Part shown: positions 1 through 12,823 of the stretch, in pieces
How positions within the stretch are numbered: position 1 is the stretch's first letter
Layout: every line of letters starts with the position of its first letter
Sequence record: OR780565.1
Source: Escherichia phage DCP2
Strand: one strand, 5' to 3'
Length of the DNA: 64,000 bases
Made by a program: the position numbers and the translations under genes
Notes under the pieces: model-generated
The model's input: the letters and a program-made list of their open reading frames with translations, nothing else
Database searches by the model: none
What the model was told of the DNA's origin: nothing

Positions 1-19
1 CTGACATTTAAAATCCTTT

Positions 20-35
20 GGGGCCTTGCGGCCCC
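20..35 (-). terminator. GC-rich stem-loop (ggggcc-ttgc-ggcccc) just downstream of the wac stop; no strong T-run
   Basis: Perfect 6-bp stem with 4-nt loop read directly; sits after the minus-strand stop at 39-41. Confidence 0.3.
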
Positions 36-38
36 ATG

Positions 39-1496
39 TTATGCTGGTGATAAAAAGGTAGAAAGTAGTACCCATTCGCCGTCTTTACGAACGTAAGCTT
101 GGCCATCTTTTGGAGCTTCAGGAATATAACCCGCTTCTTGTAGAGCTTGAACGCTGCTCTGTAAAGAGGATATATTGTCTTTAGCTGTATTTACTTCATG
201 CGTGACTGCCGCAATGTTAGTTTCATTCGTTTTTATAGAATTAGTTAATCCTCGTTCTTCAACAGTTGATCCGTCAGGATTATTTCCATTTATAAGTGAA
301 GTAAGTTCAATAACTTGACCTTTAATTCCTGTTCTATTATTTCCTATTTCAACTTGTATATTTTGAACATTATTGTTTAAAACTGAAACTTCTCCTTCAA
401 GCACTGAAACTTTATTTAATAGAGATCCAGAAGGAGACGGTTGTCCTCCGCTGGAGTCAGTTCCAACAATTTGATTTAACCACGAAACATTCGCTCTTAA
501 ACCAGACGAAGTGTTTTCACCAACAATTCCGTTTAAAGACTCAATAGAAGTTGTGTGATTTTTAATTTTTCCTTTAATACTAGAAGGAATATCATCTGAA
601 CCTATAGAAGTTTCAATAGCCGTTAAGCGCTGTTTAACACCTTCACTCTGATTTAATTCATTATTAATAGATTCAATGCTACTTTTGTTATTATTAATTT
701 CTGTTATTATAGAAACATTTTCTGGGTATCCAATAGAAGATTTAATTTCTGCTATATCAGAATTTATTAAAGTTTGTTTATCATCTATAGTGTTTAATCT
801 ATTATAAATATTTGGTCCAAAATCTACTGGTTTATTACCAAGTTCATCGCGTAATTTACCAACTTCAACCGTCAATGATCCTACGTCAGATTCAGTAAAT
901 TTATTTTCTAATTCACTTAAACGAATGCCTTGTGAAGATAATAATGTACTATTTGTTATTATTCTATGTTTCATTCCTGTGCTAGCATTACCAACAACAG
1001 GAAGACCGTTAATGTCTTGGCCAGAATATTGTCCTAATTCCTGTTTAATCCACAATAAATCATTTCTAATTGTTCTATAAACAGAGTTTTCTTCATCATT
1101 AAATGGACCTATATCAGCAATAATTTTGTCAACTGTATTATTAGTTCCAGTTAATATATCAGTGTGTTCACTGGTAAGTGTCTTTAAATTCGATATGTCA
1201 TTTTTATTAACACTGATCTGCGATAGTGCTTCTATATCTCCTGATACATCTAAAACTCCTTGAATTGTTTTAATATCTTTCTGTGATGTTTCAATGGCAG
1301 TTTTAAGAATTCCCACATTTTCATCAAGAACTTCGACGTTTTTAAACACGGAAACAATTGGTCTATTCATTGATCCATCATTTCCATACTTAGTACTAGC
1401 TCCTAATATTTCTTCACCATTTTTAATCCATGAAATACGTTCCTGACCTTCGTCAGGAACGCTATCAACAAAAGGTAACTCTTTTAATTCAATCAT
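39..1496 (-). CDS. wac: Fibritin (whisker/neck protein)
   Basis: 485-aa ORF; C-terminal foldon-like [27 protein letters not shown]; follows gene 12 as in T4. Confidence 0.9.
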   Translation of the reverse strand: MIELKELPFVDSVPDEGQERISWIKNGEEILGASTKYGNDGSMNRPIVSVFKNVEVLDENVGILKTAIETSQKDIKTIQGVLDVSGDIEALSQISVNKNDISNLKTLTSEHTDILTGTNNTVDKIIADIGPFNDEENSVYRTIRNDLLWIKQELGQYSGQDINGLPVVGNASTGMKHRIITNSTLLSSQGIRLSELENKFTESDVGSLTVEVGKLRDELGNKPVDFGPNIYNRLNTIDDKQTLINSDIAEIKSSIGYPENVSIITEINNNKSSIESINNELNQSEGVKQRLTAIETSIGSDDIPSSIKGKIKNHTTSIESLNGIVGENTSSGLRANVSWLNQIVGTDSSGGQPSPSGSLLNKVSVLEGEVSVLNNNVQNIQVEIGNNRTGIKGQVIELTSLINGNNPDGSTVEERGLTNSIKTNETNIAAVTHEVNTAKDNISSLQSSVQALQEAGYIPEAPKDGQAYVRKDGEWVLLSTFLSPA

Positions 1497-1505
1497 TTGT
1501 AATCC

Positions 1506-3056
1506 TTAGTAATGAACTTTAATAATATAGTTTAATGATATATTCCATGGTCTAGTTTCATAACCAATTAATCCTTCACGATTAAGTGTACCATGAGCAT
1601 CTCTCGGTCCACCTAATTCAAATCCATCATTAGTGAAGTATGAAGCATTATCCCAGTCGGAATATTTTCTAGTTCCAAGATATCCTTGATAAACTGACGC
1701 GCCAAATGGGCCTTCACTTCTGTTATATTCACCCCAACCACCAGCATGTTTATGGTATGACATTTGTTGTGCCTGAACACCACCAACATGCATTCCGTCA
1801 CATCCTACGCCCAGTCTATCCTTTCCATAGCCATCTTGTCCACGTTGATTTAAAATATGACCGCCTGTGCCGGCTCCTCTGACGAAAAGACCCCGCATAT
1901 CAGGAACGCCAGGATTATTCCAATCGCCACCAAATCTTGTTCCAACTACGTTTCTATAATCAGGAAATTGGTCACCTGACACGGTTCCGCCGTGGCACAT
2001 AATCCAACCTGGAGGTGCTGAATCACCTGCAAACATCATAATAGTCCCAACCGGAACTCTTTCTGATGCATAACGTTCTGTCGCAACAGGTTGATCACCA
2101 TTTTTCCACATTCCGCCGCGCGACCAAATTCCGTTTGCTGTAAGATGGTCTAAATTTAAAGAACCATTAATAGTTTGTCCACCACGAGTATTAATTACAT
2201 CTGCGTTCCATGCTAATGCTCCAGAGCTATCACCTTCAGGGGCAATACCGGCTTGCGTCGTTAATTTTACCACTCCACGCATAGAACCGGTAGCTCCTCG
2301 ACCATTTAGTGTTTCACCTGTTACTGCAACACCACCCAAATTATTATTAATTTCAGTCTGCGTTCCTAGGCGTATAACACCCTTATATTCATGTGTTGCA
2401 ACAGAATTCATAAAGGTATACGGGGAAATTGCATATCCTTCGCGGAGAGTTCCTTGACGAATTTGTGCAACAGTAGATAATTGAACTACTCCTCTCACCG
2501 ATTCTGTTGCAGTGTCTTCTGAAGGAGCTATTTGCGAAATTAATTTTATTGCAAGTTTTTGGGTTTTTAGCGGAGTCATCGCAGTAGTATCATCAACTCC
2601 AGCCAAAGCTGCAGGTGTAGATGATATTTTAATAACCCCGTTTGATGACTCAGACGAATATCTATTTTTGAACACATCGTCAGTGTGGTATTTCAGTTTT
2701 TGTGGTGTTATTGATGAATTATTATCTGAGCCTTTTAATGTTTCTTCATTTGTTGAATAACGCGTTAAACCATATTTAGTTTCAGTAGCATTTGGATACA
2801 ATAATCTTGTTGCTAATGTAGCTGGTGTAACGATTTTAGAATTATTAGTTCCATCTAAAACCTCTTGCTCTGACGCAATCATTGCTATTCCTTTAACTTC
2901 CATAGTTGCATCAGGAATACCATTTACGCCGATATTACTTATTTTTGATAATGCAGACTGTACTGTCGTAACAGTGCCAGGAAAATTCGATCCAGTAGGA
3001 TCGAATTTAACATATTTTGATTCATTTGATACGTGCTGATATGTATTGTTACTCAT
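1506..3056 (-). CDS. 12: Short tail fibre protein gp12
   Basis: 516-aa ORF; size and synteny (11-12-wac) match T4 gp12. Confidence 0.8.
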   Translation of the reverse strand: MSNNTYQHVSNESKYVKFDPTGSNFPGTVTTVQSALSKISNIGVNGIPDATMEVKGIAMIASEQEVLDGTNNSKIVTPATLATRLLYPNATETKYGLTRYSTNEETLKGSDNNSSITPQKLKYHTDDVFKNRYSSESSNGVIKISSTPAALAGVDDTTAMTPLKTQKLAIKLISQIAPSEDTATESVRGVVQLSTVAQIRQGTLREGYAISPYTFMNSVATHEYKGVIRLGTQTEINNNLGGVAVTGETLNGRGATGSMRGVVKLTTQAGIAPEGDSSGALAWNADVINTRGGQTINGSLNLDHLTANGIWSRGGMWKNGDQPVATERYASERVPVGTIMMFAGDSAPPGWIMCHGGTVSGDQFPDYRNVVGTRFGGDWNNPGVPDMRGLFVRGAGTGGHILNQRGQDGYGKDRLGVGCDGMHVGGVQAQQMSYHKHAGGWGEYNRSEGPFGASVYQGYLGTRKYSDWDNASYFTNDGFELGGPRDAHGTLNREGLIGYETRPWNISLNYIIKVHY

Positions 3057-3712
3057 GCTACTCTCTCAAAATAATAAAATACTGTAGGTTGTGTGTGACT
3101 ATCTAGCGTAACAGTTTGCGCACCTAATAATTGCCAAGTTCCATACCCAGGTTTAGAAGGAGAAATTATTTCCTGTTTGAAAGTAATTCCTTTATCAGAG
3201 TATTGTTCTAAGATATGTTCTTGGTTATCTAAATACTTAACTTGTATTTTATTTCCTATGGTAGGATGGTCTTCAAATGAATCAATTGCAATAAATTTTA
3301 CAACCATTTCCTGTAGAGCTATTCTAACGGCACTAGTAAATTCAATTGAAGTCATTCCATTAGTAGCTTTAACTGGAATACCAAACATGTTAACAATAAC
3401 TGGGTCACCTGATTTGACTGAAGTATCAGTAACAGTTCCTTCAAATGACCAATAGTCGGTTTGTTGCACGCCAGTAGGAGATACGCCGCTTATATTAACT
3501 AATACAGCTCCAACCGGTTGCTCTGCCATATTTCTAACATCATTGATAGCAGATTCTACATTCGGGTCATAAAAACCTTTTGCTATTTGTGAAATTGTTA
3601 CAGCGCCTACTGGCTGATTATTCATAACCGAAATATCATTTTTCTTAGTTCTAAAACCAAGAAAATCTGCTAAGCGGGAAATAACTCCCGCTTTATTATT
3701 AAGTAAACTCAT
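3053..3712 (-). CDS. 11: Baseplate wedge protein gp11 (short tail fibre attachment)
   Basis: ORF 3053-3730; internal Met gives 219 aa as T4 gp11; start overlaps gene 10 stop. Confidence 0.75.
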   Translation of the reverse strand: MSLLNNKAGVISRLADFLGFRTKKNDISVMNNQPVGAVTISQIAKGFYDPNVESAINDVRNMAEQPVGAVLVNISGVSPTGVQQTDYWSFEGTVTDTSVKSGDPVIVNMFGIPVKATNGMTSIEFTSAVRIALQEMVVKFIAIDSFEDHPTIGNKIQVKYLDNQEHILEQYSDKGITFKQEIISPSKPGYGTWQLLGAQTVTLDSHTQPTVFYYFERVA

Positions 3713-5517
3713 TATGCAATCCTTATCCAACGGTATACAGTAATAGACGGTTGAATATTACTAATATTAGTAGGAGGAGTATGTGAAGAGTTTGTTGTTG
3801 CGTAGTCTTCACGATATTTTGTATATATAGGACCAGTTTCGTCTGGGTCATATTGACAACCTCCAATAATAACTGATCCGTTTTCATCTTCAATTAAAAC
3901 TTTTTCATCAGTTTTAGTCGCAGGAAGATTTGCGTTCTCAAGTGTCACCGATGTTGTTCCAACTGTTCCACCGGCAGTATGTGAAGGATTTCCGCTAGAA
4001 TCTAAATCATTATTGTTTAAAGCAAAGTTTGGATCCGTAACATCATCATTCCATCCTACTAAAACTTGTCCTTTACCAAATAATTTCCATGAACCAAATC
4101 CCATATAAGTCACCGGATTATTTGGATTTATAGCATTTTCATAAATTGAACCTACAGGATAAATGCTATCGAAAATAGATGATATTGAATTATACGTTCT
4201 AGTATAAGAATCAACTTTTTCAACATTTGGCCAACCGATTTTATCAAAATCTGTTAAGGCTACATCACCAGTAACTTCGGTAGATGATCCTTTACTAACA
4301 TAACGGTCATCCGTTAATTCAATGATGTCATCTTTTTCTAAAAGAGTTCCTAAATCATTATTGAACCACGTTATAACGATTATATCGCCTGATTCAAATT
4401 TTCTATCAAATAAAAGACTGGTAGGTTTTCCATCTTCATATTCTATAGAATAATCTGTGTTTGATTCTTTCCATTCGCCACCAAGAGATATACATCCTTC
4501 TTGCGTATCTGAATTAGCGCCTTCGCACAAAAACAGAGGATACCCAGCTGTTCCAGCCTGTTGCTGTAAAATTCCATTAAAACGAACCTCAAGAGAATTA
4601 GGATTAATGGGTTCGCCAGGAATTAATCCAAAAGCTGAAAATGGAATTGATTTCATCGCCGATAAATCAGTAACATAAATGCTTCCTTCTAAAGAAGTCT
4701 TTGATGTTAGTTTTGAATCTAGCACTTTTATTTGGCGTCTTGTATATGAACTTCTCCATTGTGATACACCATCCATAAACGTTTCAATTTGAACAGTGTC
4801 GCCAATATTACAAGGCTGTCTTAACCTAATATTAAATCCATCAAGAGGAATTAATTCTCCTTCATTTTCCCCCGGAGAGCCAAAGTCACTGTTTTCACTA
4901 AATACATCGCCGTAATATAATTCGTTACCGCGGTGTTTTACTCTGATGTTATTGACATTATAACTAGTTCCATGGAAAACATCTAAAAAGTCAGTTTGTC
5001 CTTGAACTTCTACTAAAAATTCTTTGCGAGCTACATTACTAATATCTGAACTAATAATTTTATCAATTTGTTTGTTTTTGACATACTCCCAACGTCCTGG
5101 AGCGCAATAAACGAGCTCTAAATCACTAAATTGAATATTAATTTCAACTGACGATGACGACCCTTTAATTGTATCCCCAGAAGCAGCTACTAAAGTAACT
5201 GGATTAATGTTCCATGTTGCAAATACATCCCTAGCTCTAATTACTTTATTATAATCATTAACAGTTCCTTTAGGAAGTTGTAAAGTTACTCTTCCAGAAG
5301 AGGTATTAATAGCGTATGATTTTCCCCACTTAGCTTTTAATGTTTGACCGGATGAAGCATTATAAGTTTTCCAGGCACCGGCTGAATATGGAACATCTCC
5401 ATCGCCAAGTTCATAATAAAGTTCATCAAAGTTTTCATTTATTTTTATACCACCTTTACGCAGGTAGTCACCGGTACCATCATCAACAACATTACCGATA
5501 TTAATATTTTGTTTCAT
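3712..5517 (-). CDS. 10: Baseplate wedge protein gp10
   Basis: 601-aa ORF; size and synteny match T4 gp10. Confidence 0.8.
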   Translation of the reverse strand: MKQNINIGNVVDDGTGDYLRKGGIKINENFDELYYELGDGDVPYSAGAWKTYNASSGQTLKAKWGKSYAINTSSGRVTLQLPKGTVNDYNKVIRARDVFATWNINPVTLVAASGDTIKGSSSSVEINIQFSDLELVYCAPGRWEYVKNKQIDKIISSDISNVARKEFLVEVQGQTDFLDVFHGTSYNVNNIRVKHRGNELYYGDVFSENSDFGSPGENEGELIPLDGFNIRLRQPCNIGDTVQIETFMDGVSQWRSSYTRRQIKVLDSKLTSKTSLEGSIYVTDLSAMKSIPFSAFGLIPGEPINPNSLEVRFNGILQQQAGTAGYPLFLCEGANSDTQEGCISLGGEWKESNTDYSIEYEDGKPTSLLFDRKFESGDIIVITWFNNDLGTLLEKDDIIELTDDRYVSKGSSTEVTGDVALTDFDKIGWPNVEKVDSYTRTYNSISSIFDSIYPVGSIYENAINPNNPVTYMGFGSWKLFGKGQVLVGWNDDVTDPNFALNNNDLDSSGNPSHTAGGTVGTTSVTLENANLPATKTDEKVLIEDENGSVIIGGCQYDPDETGPIYTKYREDYATTNSSHTPPTNISNIQPSITVYRWIRIA

Positions 5518-6383
5518 TATTGAGCCACCCCGATTTTCTGCGTAGCGATAACTTTAACTGCTGCTCTCATACCGACAGTTGAAGAACTTATAGTCGCTGT
5601 TACATAATTTGTTTTAATACTAAATGCAATATTAGCGATTTCGTCTTCTTCAGTTTCATTCCCAACTCGCATGACAGCATATTCAGAAGAAATGACCTCT
5701 GAATTAACATTATCCACAAGAATATTTATTTCTGCTGTTTTAATTTTTCTTCCATCTATCGATTGGCACGTAACTAACAATTTAGCCATGTTATATTCAG
5801 TACGGTGAAATAGTGGAATGTCAACTGATCCAGATGTAGAAATATTCCATGTACCTTCAGCTGGTGATTCCTTTTGTCCAAACATACTTTCAATAGAATA
5901 ATTCCAAACAGATGTAGAATTATCAGATGAAATACATCGTAAAGTAACTTTACTATATGGGCTAGTTACTACCAAATTACCCGAAACGCCTTTGATTGAA
6001 TCAATAGCCTGAATTGTTAAAGGATTAGTAACTGATATTGATCCATTTGAGTTAATAAATTCAACACAGTCGCCAAGTTCGCCTTTTTCAATGATAACTT
6101 TAACACCTACAGTAGAGGTATCAATATCATGTCTAGTGCCAACTTTTACTGGAGTTGCGTACTCTGCTATAGAGTGCTTTTGATAATATCCAGTAGCATG
6201 GATAATTTGGCCATTTGCTCCAGTGCCATTTGCTACTGCCATTTTGCGCTGATCGCCAAACGCATTATAAATTGCGTTAAAATCACTATTAATTTTATTA
6301 CCACCGTCGAATAAGATATCACCAGTAGAAGCGTTACCAATTTCGCCGGTATCAATCAATTTCTTTGGTTCTTGAATGAACAT
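5517..6383 (-). CDS. 9: Baseplate wedge protein gp9 (long tail fibre socket)
   Basis: 288-aa ORF, same length as T4 gp9; synteny. Confidence 0.8.
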   Translation of the reverse strand: MFIQEPKKLIDTGEIGNASTGDILFDGGNKINSDFNAIYNAFGDQRKMAVANGTGANGQIIHATGYYQKHSIAEYATPVKVGTRHDIDTSTVGVKVIIEKGELGDCVEFINSNGSISVTNPLTIQAIDSIKGVSGNLVVTSPYSKVTLRCISSDNSTSVWNYSIESMFGQKESPAEGTWNISTSGSVDIPLFHRTEYNMAKLLVTCQSIDGRKIKTAEINILVDNVNSEVISSEYAVMRVGNETEEDEIANIAFSIKTNYVTATISSSTVGMRAAVKVIATQKIGVAQ

Positions 6384-6407
6384 AGCGGTTTCCTTATGAG
6401 TTTATAG

Positions 6408-6415
6408 TATTTATA
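6408..6415 (-). promoter_or_regulatory. Late promoter TATAAATA (minus strand) upstream of gene 9
   Basis: Reverse complement of tatttata reads TATAAATA about 25 nt upstream of the gene 9 start. Confidence 0.5.
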
Positions 6416-6420
6416 AAGAA

Positions 6421-6441
6421 AAAGGGAGCCCATGGGCTCCC
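6421..6441 (-). terminator. Rho-independent terminator after gene 8
   Basis: Palindrome gggagcccatgggctccc followed on the minus strand by a T-run. Confidence 0.6.
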
Positions 6442-6446
6442 TTAAT

Positions 6447-7451
6447 TTAAAATGTAAACAGAATATTGATTTCTTCTGTCTGATCCATTGCCATGATAAT
6501 AGGTGGCCTATTTTCCATATAAATCATTTCGCCCGAATGCCTCATTAAATCTTCTGGATCATAATAATCCTTTTCAGCTTTAACGTTTGGGTCATTTGGA
6601 TGAACTTTAGCTTCAAGAGGATTGGTGATTATTGATATTTGTCTAAATCCTTTATTTCCCGGTAATGCAGCATCAGGAAAATAAACTGAATCTAAATATG
6701 CTTTAAAACGGATAGTATTTGCCTTAACACGGTAAATTAATCCAAAATCATCTTGTTGCCAAGTGAGATTATCTTCATACCCCCATCTAGTTGGGTCTTC
6801 TTTTAATTCCTCAGGCCAAGGAACTACGATATATTCATTTGTGCATCTATTTATAGATACATCAGGCGGAATCTCAAAAAGATATTCCCAAACATATCCG
6901 TCTCCAGGTTCGATTGTTCCTTCCGCGTCTCCTCGACCTTCAGGAGGAGTCATTGACCTAACAGAAGGAGTCCATTTTCCACCTAACTTAATACATTCAT
7001 CCTTGTCAGTCAAAGATGTTATTGAGCATGTTCCTGTGTCAGGAACATCTAAACAACGATATACTAGCCATCCTGCGCCTGATTCAGTAGCATTGTAAGG
7101 AGCTGAGTTACATACTACAATATCGTTAATTCTAAATGTGTATGGATCCGGATATCTAGTATCTCCCCAATCTCTACGAGGAATAACCGCATCAAGCATA
7201 GATGGAAGAACCTTTACGGTTCCCATCATATGAGTCCACATGTCAGTTACACCCAATACAGAATCAGTTGGATAAGGTGGAGCAAAGCCCACCTCATTTT
7301 CATTTGATGACCACGGTTCTGATCTTCCAAATGTGATAAAGATAGTGTTTTTATCCGGACCACTCCCAATTGAATTATAAAAATTCAACATTTTTTCTGT
7401 TCTAAATTTTGAAGTAACTATCGCACGATAGATAACACTTGAATCATTCAT
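6447..7451 (-). CDS. 8: Baseplate wedge protein gp8
   Basis: 334-aa ORF, same length as T4 gp8; synteny. Confidence 0.8.
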   Translation of the reverse strand: MNDSSVIYRAIVTSKFRTEKMLNFYNSIGSGPDKNTIFITFGRSEPWSSNENEVGFAPPYPTDSVLGVTDMWTHMMGTVKVLPSMLDAVIPRRDWGDTRYPDPYTFRINDIVVCNSAPYNATESGAGWLVYRCLDVPDTGTCSITSLTDKDECIKLGGKWTPSVRSMTPPEGRGDAEGTIEPGDGYVWEYLFEIPPDVSINRCTNEYIVVPWPEELKEDPTRWGYEDNLTWQQDDFGLIYRVKANTIRFKAYLDSVYFPDAALPGNKGFRQISIITNPLEAKVHPNDPNVKAEKDYYDPEDLMRHSGEMIYMENRPPIIMAMDQTEEINILFTF

Positions 7452-10400
7452 CTATTTTAACCTGTGTTGGATTTTCAGGGTCTCTTGGATTTCCTATATT
7501 ATCTTTTAGACGTTTATTAACTAAATCCCTAAACTGTGCAAATGTTGTTCCAGATGCGTCAAATAGAGGACTCATTAACTTGCGTCGTTCAGAAGGCAAT
7601 TGACCTTGAAATATTGAATTACTATTTTCAGCATTATAGTCATCAGGAAGAGGATATTTTACACCAGCCATTGGGCCAGGTTCATAAATTGCTTCTCCTG
7701 TCACTGAATCATGTTCAATTTCGCCAGTTGGAGTTAATTTAGCTACTCTATCAGCATATTCAGTAGGCAATCCAGAATCCCATTTGTAGTTTTTGTATTT
7801 ATTAATTATAGTCTCTGTGTGTTTAAGAGTTAAACCAACATTAATAAACATCGTTAAAAGGGTAATTGCTATAAATCCAAATCCTACTGGATGAACAAAA
7901 CGAATAACGTCAGATTTCCAGCGAGAAGAAGGTAAATTGGATTTAATTTTCATTACATAATATGATCGGCTTCTATTAATATAGTCTATATTATTTTGAA
8001 GCAAATCCTTTCCTTTAACACCACGAATAATTTCGCCTTCAAAACTCGGAAGTCTTTCTGCTTTAACTTCTTGACCAGCAATTAATCTTCCCAAAAGATT
8101 ATGAATAGTTACGGTCCATTGCAATTTACCATTAGAATAACTTCTTTCTATATAAGTAACATTACATCTTCCTGTGGCTGTATAAATCGTTTGTCCTACC
8201 AAATCTTCAGTTAAAGAATCAGATTGAACGATTATATCGTATTCAGTACCAGCACCAGATTCAATTTCAATTTCAACTTCTTCATTATAAAGAACTTTAA
8301 AAAGAAATTTGTATGATGCTTCAATTCCTTTAGTAGAATAAAAATCATAGCTACGTGATTCAAAAAATCTTGCAACAGCATCACGTTTGTCAGCATTTAA
8401 ATAAATGTTTCTTTTATATATCTCTGACCACAAATATTCCCATGCATGCTCTTCTCGTGGATATTTGTTACGAATTAAATTTCGTAAATTGTTATACTGA
8501 GTTCCATATCCATCAGAAAGATATTGAATATATGCTTCGCAAAATGCCTCAAAATTCGAATCTTGTAGTAAATAAGAATCAGGCATCATTGTGCCAATCA
8601 ATGGTCTTAAATCAGGGTCAGCTAATCCGTGCTCTTCTTCTGGTGACCAAGGAGTCTCATGCTCTTGGTTTTGTAAAAATGCTTTTAAAAATATTCCAGT
8701 TGGCTTCCAAATTATTTCAACCGTGTCTCTCACTCGATAGTTAAAATCATAATAAGAAATTATTTCACCAGAGGATTTATAAAAAAGCATCCCAGACGCA
8801 TATTTTTTAAATCCCGTGAATTTAACGTTTGGCATTACTATAGTGCAATCGCCGTCATCCCAGTATTCATGAACTAATCTATCTGGCGATGTTTCTGGAA
8901 AATTTTCAATAACTTTAGTATATTTTAAATCTGCATAAACTACCACAGCCCTATTAGAGTTGTTTATCCAGCACCGTGTATTAGACTTTTTAGACCAGTT
9001 AAAGAATGGTTCTGCATAGTATTTCATTGGCTGAGGCGTAAAAGTTTCCCAATCAGACTTTTCATCTGCTATAAATGCCATCATATGATAATGCTTATCA
9101 GCTAACCATTCACGAGGAAATTCATATTTAACGGCACCGATTAACTGATATTTTGCTACAGTTTCAGGGTCATTAACAACGTTATCATTTAAAAATTTAA
9201 AATTACTCGAAGATAGAGAAACTAATTTACCATCAGTTGACATATTCGCATACCCAGGTTGAATACGTCTTCTTTCTTCTTCAGTGTTGCCAAAAACTCT
9301 TTTCCACGTTTTTGTGTCATGATTTAAAACATATATTCCTTTATCAGTAGAATCAATTATTTTTGACGTTCTAGGATTAGCATTTAATGTTTCAACTTCA
9401 CCGATAATAAGAGCAAAAACTTTATCACCAATAGAATCCATTTTATAGCATACTGCTTTAGGATTTCCAGTTATAGTCATTGTATCAGGTTCAAATAGCC
9501 TTTCCGAATATGTTGGAGATAATGGATCAGAATCTATAGGTGCATTACTCGTTTTTATGTATCTAACTTTGTCTCTGGCGACAACGTAAATGTAATCATC
9601 GGTGCAAGTAATAGCTTCAGCTATACGATACACGTTTGCAGGTAATGTAGCATAAGTACCAAAGATTTCAACATCAAATCCCAAATGAAGTTGATCACCA
9701 AGTTTAGCGAATGTTATGTCCTGCGAACTAAATCTGACATCATCAGCTGACCATCTAACATCAGTAGATTTGCGGCCATAGAAAATCTTGTCGTATCCTA
9801 GAACGTATGTTGTGCTCGCAGATTGGTAATATACAGTCTTAGATAAAGGATATCCTACACGGTCATTGAAGAGCTTTACAGCTTTCCAGGTTTGACCTTT
9901 ATCATTGGATACTTTAACTACAGGTTGATAACGCTCAAAAAGATATAGAATCCCTTCTGATTCCATCAAATAAACTCGATTAATATCCTTACATACTTGC
10001 TGAATAGAACCTTGTATTTCATGATACTCATTTTCACCAATAATAAAATTACTTATTGATGAAACATCAGCATATGATGGGCTGAATTGGAATGATTCAT
10101 TCATCAATGCAGCCATTATAGTATCATTATTAAAATTAACATAGTCAGAATTATTAAGAGTAAATTTTTCCTGAATGAATTTATTAGCTAATTGCATTTC
10201 AATCATGTTTTGAAATGTATAAGCGTTTGTAGCAAAAGTTTCAAACTCTTCGGTATAAATCCAATCAGACTGCTCAAAATCCTGTGCAGCTGTAGCTACT
10301 CTAATAATGTACGATGTCAATGGATTAGCATTATCAAAAAAGAAGCTGTTATTTGCAGTATATCCTAAGTTAATCCATCGGTATTGATTGCTCGGGAGAT

Positions 10401-10542
10401 TTTCCCCCGAGTTTGTTTTTGTCTCAGCGATTTCTACAAAATAGTAGAAATTAGCACCAACGTCATCCCAGCGTACTTGCACCTGATTTGCGGATAACTT
10501 GGAAATTCTGAGACTAGTGACTGAAGGTGCTTTTACTGTCAT
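7444..10542 (-). CDS. 7: Baseplate wedge protein gp7
   Basis: 1032-aa ORF, same length as T4 gp7; synteny. Confidence 0.8.
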   Translation of the reverse strand: MTVKAPSVTSLRISKLSANQVQVRWDDVGANFYYFVEIAETKTNSGENLPSNQYRWINLGYTANNSFFFDNANPLTSYIIRVATAAQDFEQSDWIYTEEFETFATNAYTFQNMIEMQLANKFIQEKFTLNNSDYVNFNNDTIMAALMNESFQFSPSYADVSSISNFIIGENEYHEIQGSIQQVCKDINRVYLMESEGILYLFERYQPVVKVSNDKGQTWKAVKLFNDRVGYPLSKTVYYQSASTTYVLGYDKIFYGRKSTDVRWSADDVRFSSQDITFAKLGDQLHLGFDVEIFGTYATLPANVYRIAEAITCTDDYIYVVARDKVRYIKTSNAPIDSDPLSPTYSERLFEPDTMTITGNPKAVCYKMDSIGDKVFALIIGEVETLNANPRTSKIIDSTDKGIYVLNHDTKTWKRVFGNTEEERRRIQPGYANMSTDGKLVSLSSSNFKFLNDNVVNDPETVAKYQLIGAVKYEFPREWLADKHYHMMAFIADEKSDWETFTPQPMKYYAEPFFNWSKKSNTRCWINNSNRAVVVYADLKYTKVIENFPETSPDRLVHEYWDDGDCTIVMPNVKFTGFKKYASGMLFYKSSGEIISYYDFNYRVRDTVEIIWKPTGIFLKAFLQNQEHETPWSPEEEHGLADPDLRPLIGTMMPDSYLLQDSNFEAFCEAYIQYLSDGYGTQYNNLRNLIRNKYPREEHAWEYLWSEIYKRNIYLNADKRDAVARFFESRSYDFYSTKGIEASYKFLFKVLYNEEVEIEIESGAGTEYDIIVQSDSLTEDLVGQTIYTATGRCNVTYIERSYSNGKLQWTVTIHNLLGRLIAGQEVKAERLPSFEGEIIRGVKGKDLLQNNIDYINRSRSYYVMKIKSNLPSSRWKSDVIRFVHPVGFGFIAITLLTMFINVGLTLKHTETIINKYKNYKWDSGLPTEYADRVAKLTPTGEIEHDSVTGEAIYEPGPMAGVKYPLPDDYNAENSNSIFQGQLPSERRKLMSPLFDASGTTFAQFRDLVNKRLKDNIGNPRDPENPTQVKIDE

Positions 10543-12521
10543 TGTGATATAGGCTCCAAATCGATAGTTAAGTATTGCGGGCGTAAATCATTTTCAAATA
10601 CAATCAGTGAACCATCACGTGTGAAAATAACATCGTCTATTGGGTCAGAATATAGTTCAATAGTCTGAACCTCAAATTTATCGGATGTTAAATTAATTTT
10701 AGCGATATTCCAATAAATCATATCAGCTGGATAATTTATTTCACCGATAACATAGTATTTGTCGCGTCCATCAGAATTTGCTAATTTATTAAAATCATTG
10801 CCTGTATATGGCTGAATGTTTTCATTTTCTGTAACATCGCCAGAAGCAAATGGACCAATAATAACTTTACCAATTCCTTTAGAATCTCGGTCTGTTGATA
10901 CTATACGAACATCATATAATACATCTTCTTCTAAACCAGTATCAGGATTTACAACCTTTCGTCCAGAATTAAATGAAAACGTATTAGATTCCATAGAACG
11001 ATCTTTTATTTGATTATTGTATTTAATACCTGCTTCAGGTGTTTTATAGAAGTTTTGTACTTCACGAACCATTTGAATAGTCGCTGATGAACCAATGACA
11101 GAATGATCTGCATCATCTACATAAGTTAACATCTTAGATTTAGCGAAAGACGAGTTAAAAATTTCTACATCTTCGGTATAATAGCGATCAATTTTATCAA
11201 TTATTTGACCTTCTAGCCACTGTTCTGATTCTTGCAGCTTATTTAAAGCATATGTGACTTTTAAATTAGTCTTAACAAAAAGATAATTAGGAGAAATAAT
11301 TGATGGTGTAATAGGAGCTAAATTATAATCTTTGAGATAATTTTTAATATCTTCACGTTGTACAGTAGTTAAATATAGTCCTGATTTAGGTTTAGCAGCA
11401 ATAAATGCATAACCGGGTTTAGTAGAATCAGTGAAAGTCTGAACCGCTTGAATAATAGAACCGAATCTTTCTGAAACAAATGTATCATAGTCGGTCGCAG
11501 TTACGCAGCGTTGCTGGGTTTCGCGTTTAATAGTACCCAATTCGCGAATACGCTCAATATCTTCTGGATCGCCACCGCCATCTGCCCCAACAAAATCTGG
11601 GTCATCGTTTGGATTTTCATTAATGTTGATGACAGTTATATTTGTTAATGTATCTGCATATGAAAATCCGACTGCGCCATTCGCATCTGCACCGTTAGTA
11701 CTGATGTACTCAATAACAATCGTAGAGTTCTGGGTAGGTTTAAGACCTCCAATATAATTAGCGGTCAATGCTCCTTCTGCCGCATTAACGGAAATCTCAC
11801 CTTCACCAAAATAAAATTCAGTATTTCCATCAATAGTTTCACGCATGTAGTAAATTGTTGATGTAGAACCAGCATGAACCATTGACTTTCTTGTCCAGTT
11901 AATCCATTCTGCTCCATCAACATACAGCTTAACTTGGTTTCTATCTATATTTTTGTCATAAATGATAATAGGTGTTAATTTATCATAAATGATTTCAGTT
12001 CTTACTATACGTCCCTGGGCTAATTTTAAACGCGGAAAATATTGGTTATTTTTATCGCGAATAGCAATAACATCTTCGGTAGATACAAAGTTATAAGGAT
12101 TAACGGAAGTATCTTTTGCATATGCTAAAAAGCGAGTACCGCGAGGAATAGTAATGTAATTTCTATTCAATGCGTCGGTGCATGTTAACATAATTTCGGT
12201 CTGCGCAGCGGATTTTGAAGTAGGTAAATATCCGTTATCTTGTGCAGCTTGAACAACTGAACTTCGTAAGTTAGCAGTACGCATAAAGCTTTCATACACA
12301 GCAGCATTACCAAACTGTTGAATGTACAGCGTATTATAAGCCAAAAGGTCGCACAGAACGTTTAATCTTGAGCCTTCAAAATCATAATCCAAAAATTCAT
12401 TTTGGCCATTAAGCCATTCAATGAGGTTTTGTTTTATTTCAGCAAATGTACCCCCGACGAATATCTCGGGAATAGCATTTGCTGTTCTTGTTAATTGATA
12501 ATTTACAGGGGTATTTGCCAT
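10539..12521 (-). CDS. 6: Baseplate wedge protein gp6
   Basis: 660-aa ORF, same length as T4 gp6; synteny. Confidence 0.8.
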   Translation of the reverse strand: MANTPVNYQLTRTANAIPEIFVGGTFAEIKQNLIEWLNGQNEFLDYDFEGSRLNVLCDLLAYNTLYIQQFGNAAVYESFMRTANLRSSVVQAAQDNGYLPTSKSAAQTEIMLTCTDALNRNYITIPRGTRFLAYAKDTSVNPYNFVSTEDVIAIRDKNNQYFPRLKLAQGRIVRTEIIYDKLTPIIIYDKNIDRNQVKLYVDGAEWINWTRKSMVHAGSTSTIYYMRETIDGNTEFYFGEGEISVNAAEGALTANYIGGLKPTQNSTIVIEYISTNGADANGAVGFSYADTLTNITVININENPNDDPDFVGADGGGDPEDIERIRELGTIKRETQQRCVTATDYDTFVSERFGSIIQAVQTFTDSTKPGYAFIAAKPKSGLYLTTVQREDIKNYLKDYNLAPITPSIISPNYLFVKTNLKVTYALNKLQESEQWLEGQIIDKIDRYYTEDVEIFNSSFAKSKMLTYVDDADHSVIGSSATIQMVREVQNFYKTPEAGIKYNNQIKDRSMESNTFSFNSGRKVVNPDTGLEEDVLYDVRIVSTDRDSKGIGKVIIGPFASGDVTENENIQPYTGNDFNKLANSDGRDKYYVIGEINYPADMIYWNIAKINLTSDKFEVQTIELYSDPIDDVIFTRDGSLIVFENDLRPQYLTIDLEPISQ

Positions 12522-12529
12522 TTTAAATC

Positions 12530-12823
12530 CTATTTAATGAATACTTTAGATGATGCCTGAGCCACAGTATCACCGCATGATATTGGATCAGCCATTTGAA
12601 CCGCTTTCTTTCCAGTGACATATACCTTAGAAGTTCTAGGTTGTGTCACTCCGCCATGTGTTTCATATGGCTTTTTAATTTCTGTATGTTCTGTAATTGG
12701 ATCACCTGCTACGAGAACAGCAATTCCTCCAGTGAATACTTTACTTTGTGTGGCATTCACAACTGTTGGAGGCCATGCTTCATGGCCAGCAGTAACACAC
12801 TTATCATAACTTAATCCTGACAT
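12530..12823 (-). CDS. 5.4: PAAR-repeat spike tip protein gp5.4
   Basis: 97-aa ORF between 5 and 6; Gly/His-rich PAAR-like composition; size matches T4 gp5.4. Confidence 0.75.
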